Source of the DNA: Eubacterium sp.
GTDB taxonomy: Bacteria; Bacillota; Clostridia; Lachnospirales; Lachnospiraceae
DNA length: 61,833 nt
Assembly (NCBI GenBank): GCA_017540125.1
Contig: JAFYBS010000009.1
Coordinates: forward strand, 1 to 61,833
Direction: 5' to 3'
Positions 57,609 to 61,833 of the stretch are shown here, one piece after another (the stretch's first letter is position 1; each line of letters starts with the position of its first letter). Both the position numbers and the translations under genes were made by a program. The notes beneath the pieces were generated by a model, which ran no database searches, had not been told where the DNA came from, and worked only from the letters and a program-made list of their open reading frames with translations.

Positions 57609-57679
57609 ACCGTCCCTCCTTTCTCACAATCTCACAAAAACGCAAAAGGCATCATGAATACTCACAATTCCGTTTGCGT

Positions 57680-58465
57680 TTAAGAATTCCATTTCTCGTT
57701 ATAGATACGCTCGAATTCATCGTAAGCGATATCGTTTAATACTTCAATCTTGGTTCCCTTCACTCCGGCCGACTGGGTACGGATAAGTCTGGCACTCTCC
57801 AGCTTACGCAGTGCATTCACCATCACAGAGCGGGTTACATGATACTCCGCTGCCAGCTGTGACGTGATCACACGACCGCTCATCCCGCCCAAACTGTGGA
57901 TAACAGCTGCCACAGCACGCTGCTCCAATTCGGAAAGCGTACGGATTGCCGAAGAAATCGCCTCTCTTTTGTTGGTCTCCTCGCCACTCTCTGCAAGCAA
58001 AGAAGTAGTCATCACGAGACCGATGATCATATTGCAGTATTCGCAGAGGATGATATCGTCGATCCGATAGGTCTTGTCCTCACGATACAGGAAAAATGTG
58101 CCGAGTCTCTCACCGTCCACCATAATCGGTGCGATCAGCGCTGTCAATCCCTCAGCCTCGTATTCATCCAGTCCCAGCGTTTCCAGGTTCACATTCTCCT
58201 TGGTGGACAGAACACTGAGAAACCGCTCGTTCAGACGCTCCTCTGCGCAGGAACCAACTGCAGCATCCCGAAAACCGTCGATCGGACGGAGATCCGGATT
58301 GATATACGCGCCCAAAAGCTTTCCGCGACGACTGATCACGAATACACTGGAGCCCAGGAATCCGCCCATCATGGCACAGATATCCGAGAAAGCAACCTTC
58401 TCTCCGGAGGTCTCTGCCAGAAGATGGTTCACCTTTCTCGTACGATCCAAAAGCTCTATACTCAT
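57680..58465 (-). CDS. codY: Global regulator CodY (divergent)
   Basis: [15 protein letters not shown] GAF domain, [20 protein letters not shown] winged HTH. Confidence 0.93.
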   Translation of the reverse strand: [261 protein letters not shown]

Positions 58466-58488
58466 AACATACCCCTTTATGGTTCTTT

Positions 58489-58517
58489 ATTCTATCACAT
58501 AAACCGTTTGTTTTCAA
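58489..58517 (-). promoter_or_regulatory. Sigma-A promoter of codY
   Basis: TTGAAA-17bp-TAGAAT with extended -10 TG; -35 overlaps the topA stop. Confidence 0.75.
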
Positions 58518-60583
58518 GACACAATATTTTTGTCTTCGATGTAGCCGCAGCTCTCATCTTCGCAGGCCAGCTTGGTTCCTTTGAAAAGGAGCATTTTTCC
58601 GCACTTGGGACACAGCTTTCCCGAAGGCCTCTGCCAGGTCATCACCTCACACTCCGGATTGTTCTCACAGCCATAATACGGCCGTCCCTTCCGGGTTCTC
58701 TTGATGACGATCTCGCCACCGCACTGAGGACACTTCACACCGATTTTCTCATAATACGGCTTGGTATTGCGACATTCCGGGAATCCGGGGCATGCCAGGA
58801 ACTTTCCGTGGGGTCCGTATTTGATCACCATATTCCGGCCGCAGTTGTCACATACTATATCGGTCACTTCGTCGTGAATTTCAACCTTTTCCAGCGCTTC
58901 TTCCGCCCTGTCTACCGACTCCTTCAGGTCCGGATAGAAATTGCGGATGACCGTTTTCCACTCCACGTTTCCGTCGGCAATTCCGTCCAGAAGGGCCTCC
59001 ATCGTCGCCGTGAAGTTCACATCCACGATTCCCGGGAATTCCTCCACCATGATCCGGTTGACAACTTCTCCCAGTTCCGTAAGAAAAATGTTCTTTTTCT
59101 CCTTCGTGACATATCGTCTCGAGATCAACGTCGTGATCGTCGGAGCATAGGTACTGGGACGTCCGATCCCAAGTTCTTCCAGCGCTTTGACAAGGGATGC
59201 CTCGGTGAAGTGAGCCGGCGGCTGGGTAAAATGCTGTTCATCCCTTAGTTCGGACAGTGTGAGCTTGGAGTTATCTTTCAGCTTGGCAAGGGCCGGATTG
59301 TTCTCCGCCTTGTCCTCATCGCTCTGATAAACCGACAAAAAACCATGAAAAACCAGCTTGGAGCCGGCACTGGTAAACCGATGACCGTTGCCTTCGATCT
59401 TTGCGGATATGGTCTCATATCTGGCCGCACTCATACGGCTGGCAACAAACCGCTTCCAGATCAGCTGATACAGACGATACTGATCCCTGGAAAGAGAGTC
59501 CTTCACCTCTGCGGGAGTCAGATCCACGTAGGTTGGGCGGATGGCCTCATGCGCATCCTGTACATTTTTCCCATGACCCTGTGACTGTTTTTTATCCGTC
59601 ACATACTCTTCCCCGTGGACCGAACGGATGTATTCCTTGCACGCGGCATCCGCTTCGTCGGAGATTCGCGTGGAATCCGTACGGAGATACGTGATCAGAC
59701 CGATGGTCCCGTGTCCCTTCACGGTCACACCTTCATACAGCTGCTGTGCCACCTGCATGGTTTTTCTGGTCGGGAAATTCAGCACCTTGGCGCATTCCTG
59801 CTGAAGGGTCGACGTCGTAAACGGCATGGGCGGCTTTTTCATCCGCTCCCCGTTTTTGATCTCCTCAACGCGATAGGTCGCCCCCTTCAGTTCCTTCAGT
59901 ACCTGATCCGCTTCCTTCTTGGAACCGAGTTCCACCTTTCCGTCTTTTCCGTAGTATTTCGCCGTCAACGGCTTCTTCGCGCCGTCCACCGTAAAATCCG
60001 CCTCCAGAGTCCAGAACTCCTTCGGAATGAATTCGTTGATCTCATTTTCCCTGTCCGCGATGATGCGAAGTGCCACCGACTGCACGCGACCGGCGGACAA
60101 CCCCCTCTTCACCTTCGCCCACAGGAGCGGGCTGATCGAATATCCCACCATACGATCCAGGACGCGGCGTGCCTGCTGGGCATCCACCAGATCCATGTCG
60201 ATATCCCGGGACTCCTTCAACGACTGACGAACGGCATTCTTCGTGATCTCGTTGAACGTGATCCGGCTTGTTTTCTTCGGATCCAGATCCAATGCCGTAC
60301 ACAGATGCCAGGAAATTGCTTCTCCCTCACGGTCCGGGTCCGTTGCGAGATAGATCTTATCTGCCTTCTTCACTTCTTTACGAAGTGCCGCCAACAACTC
60401 CCCTTTCCCTCGAATCGTGATATATTTCGGCTCAAAATCGTGTTCCGGATCAAAACCCATCTGACTTTTCGGCAGGTCCCGAACATGCCCGTTCGAAGCC
60501 ATTACCTCGTAGTTTTTGCCCAAAAAACGCTGGATTGTCTTGGATTTTGCCGGTGACTCCACGATGATCAGATTCTTTGACAT
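58514..60583 (-). CDS. topA: DNA topoisomerase I
   Basis: IVESPAK, ATDPDREGEAI, SAGRVQS, ITYLRTDS, C-terminal zinc ribbons; start 60583 after AGGAG. Confidence 0.99.
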   Translation of the reverse strand: MSKNLIIVESPAKSKTIQRFLGKNYEVMASNGHVRDLPKSQMGFDPEHDFEPKYITIRGKGELLAALRKEVKKADKIYLATDPDREGEAISWHLCTALDLDPKKTSRITFNEITKNAVRQSLKESRDIDMDLVDAQQARRVLDRMVGYSISPLLWAKVKRGLSAGRVQSVALRIIADRENEINEFIPKEFWTLEADFTVDGAKKPLTAKYYGKDGKVELGSKKEADQVLKELKGATYRVEEIKNGERMKKPPMPFTTSTLQQECAKVLNFPTRKTMQVAQQLYEGVTVKGHGTIGLITYLRTDSTRISDEADAACKEYIRSVHGEEYVTDKKQSQGHGKNVQDAHEAIRPTYVDLTPAEVKDSLSRDQYRLYQLIWKRFVASRMSAARYETISAKIEGNGHRFTSAGSKLVFHGFLSVYQSDEDKAENNPALAKLKDNSKLTLSELRDEQHFTQPPAHFTEASLVKALEELGIGRPSTYAPTITTLISRRYVTKEKKNIFLTELGEVVNRIMVEEFPGIVDVNFTATMEALLDGIADGNVEWKTVIRNFYPDLKESVDRAEEALEKVEIHDEVTDIVCDNCGRNMVIKYGPHGKFLACPGFPECRNTKPYYEKIGVKCPQCGGEIVIKRTRKGRPYYGCENNPECEVMTWQRPSGKLCPKCGKMLLFKGTKLACEDESCGYIEDKNIVS

Positions 60584-60641
60584 AGCTTCACGTCTCCTTA
60601 CCACAGAATCATTTGTCCGATTCTGATGAGTTTCGTCAGAT

Positions 60642-60670
60642 AGCATACAACAAAAATCAGGCGTGTGCAA
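60642..60670 (-). promoter_or_regulatory. Sigma-A promoter of topA
   Basis: TTGCAC-17bp-TATGCT with extended -10 TG. Confidence 0.65.
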
Positions 60671-60745
60671 GAATTATTTTTTCTTACACAGGTAAAAATG
60701 TCTGACAAAGGACGAATTCTTCGGGATTTGATTGATAAAAAAAAA

Positions 60746-61833
60746 TTAGTTACGTATGTAGCGGTCGCGGGAGACCTCGCGGATCAGGCCGGCCTTTTTC
60801 AGATGAGCGACAACTCGGAGGGTGTTCGCGTAGGAACCCTGGGCCGAATCAGCCAGCGTCATCAGGGATACCGGCACGCTTCCGATGAGCTGATAGATCC
60901 GCGCTTCATCCCCGGTCAGGCCGGACGCCGTCTCCACGTGAGGCTCGATACCGTAGTATTCCAGGATGTCATTCGGAGAAAGCACGGGGATGGCCCCCTG
61001 ACGGATCAACCGGTTGCAGCCGACACTCAGCGTATCACCGATCCGCCCCGGCACAACAAATACATCCCTGCCCTGGTCGAGCGCCCTGTCCGCCGTGATC
61101 AGGGAACCGGATCGAATCCGTGCCTCCACAACCAGGATTCCGTCAGACAGCCCGCTGATGATCCGGTTTCGCATGGGAAAGTTCTGCGCCAATGCCCCGT
61201 ATGTGGTAGGATACTCACTGATCACGCCTCCCTTTTCCGGTATATCACGATACAGCTTTTCGTGACTCCCGGGAACACACTTCTCCACTCCGTTTCCCAG
61301 GATCGCGTAGGTATAGCCTCCGGCATCCAATGCCCCCCGATGTGCCCAACCATCTACACCCAGTGCCATTCCGCTGATCACAGCCATCCCTGCCTGTGCC
61401 AGTCGATACCCGAACAGTCTGGCCATATCCCTTCCGTAGGGAGTACACTCTCTGGCCCCCACGATCCCGATGGCTTTTCTGTCCGGGTCGGGAAGACTGC
61501 CTATCACAAAAAGCTGTTCCGGCGGATCCGGAATCCGCCTAAGTTTTTCCGGATAATCCGGTGATGTTTTTGTGATGAATCGTATCCTTTTGTTTTCAAC
61601 CCGACGATATTCCTTTGCAATATCCCGTCGCAGTCCGGAATCCGCCAGTTTTTTCACGACGCCGGCCGGAATATGATAGGTTCTTTTTTTCTTCTCTACA
61701 GTCTTCTTTTTTATATCATTTTCTTCTATATTAATAATCATTTTATTCCGGTTTATTTTCTGTGAATAATTTTCCATCCCGATACGGGTTATGATCTCGT
61801 CACCGGAGGCAAGAAACAACGATACGATATCAC
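60746..61833 (-). CDS. dprA: DNA-protecting protein DprA (5' end probably outside the window)
   Basis: IVGAR, ISGMALGVDG, FPMRNRIISGLS, VEA..SGSLITA; frame stays open to the window edge. Confidence 0.95.
   Translation of the reverse strand, partial: DIVSLFLASGDEIITRIGMENYSQKINRNKMIINIEENDIKKKTVEKKKRTYHIPAGVVKKLADSGLRRDIAKEYRRVENKRIRFITKTSPDYPEKLRRIPDPPEQLFVIGSLPDPDRKAIGIVGARECTPYGRDMARLFGYRLAQAGMAVISGMALGVDGWAHRGALDAGGYTYAILGNGVEKCVPGSHEKLYRDIPEKGGVISEYPTTYGALAQNFPMRNRIISGLSDGILVVEARIRSGSLITADRALDQGRDVFVVPGRIGDTLSVGCNRLIRQGAIPVLSPNDILEYYGIEPHVETASGLTGDEARIYQLIGSVPVSLMTLADSAQGSYANTLRVVAHLKKAGLIREVSRDRYIRN

Noticed and set aside
57609-57720. c-di-GMP riboswitch or invertible flagellar switch upstream of flgB
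   Set aside because: ACGCAAA is present but the GEMM two-stem architecture is not; spacer too short; no recombinase or flanking switch repeats seen
58465-58514. Absence of trmFO-xerC-hslVU between topA and codY
   Set aside because: Direct topA-codY adjacency is, as I recall, common in Clostridia, and no remnant is visible
10-61564. Many long plus-strand ORFs (e.g. 57896-59248, 11025-12026, 51444-52442)
   Set aside because: Antisense shadows of well-supported minus-strand genes; no recognisable motifs; expected from codon bias

Overview
Core-chromosome window from a motile Clostridia-type bacterium; gene order suggests Lachnospiraceae (inferred, not searched). Every supported gene is on the minus strand. 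In transcription order: dprA (5' truncated), topA, codY, a ~36 kb fla/che cluster (flgBC fliEFGHIJ ylxF fliK flgD TIGR02530 flgE flbD motAB fliLMY cheY fliOPQR flhBAFG, PilZ brake, cheBAWD, fliA, fapA and three accessory genes), rpsB-tsf, a separately promoted deacetylase + bactofilin pair, pyrH-frr-uppS-cdsA-dxr-rseP-ispG-polC, tRNA-Glu(CTC), a DUF362 gene and rimP-nusA-ylxR-ylxQ-infB. I see no transposase, prophage, CRISPR or defence island. The unexplained signal is mostly non-coding: (i) 100-220 bp self-folding palindromic elements inside otherwise tight operons, several with C(GNA)G loops; (ii) a structured leader between the TIGR02530 gene and flgE; (iii) a terminator-like hairpin just ahead of flgB. 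Protein-level points of interest are a bactofilin paired with a deacetylase lacking its motif-5 His, and a probable Na+-type stator. All calls come from reading the sequence and recalled family motifs; no database search or folding program was run.
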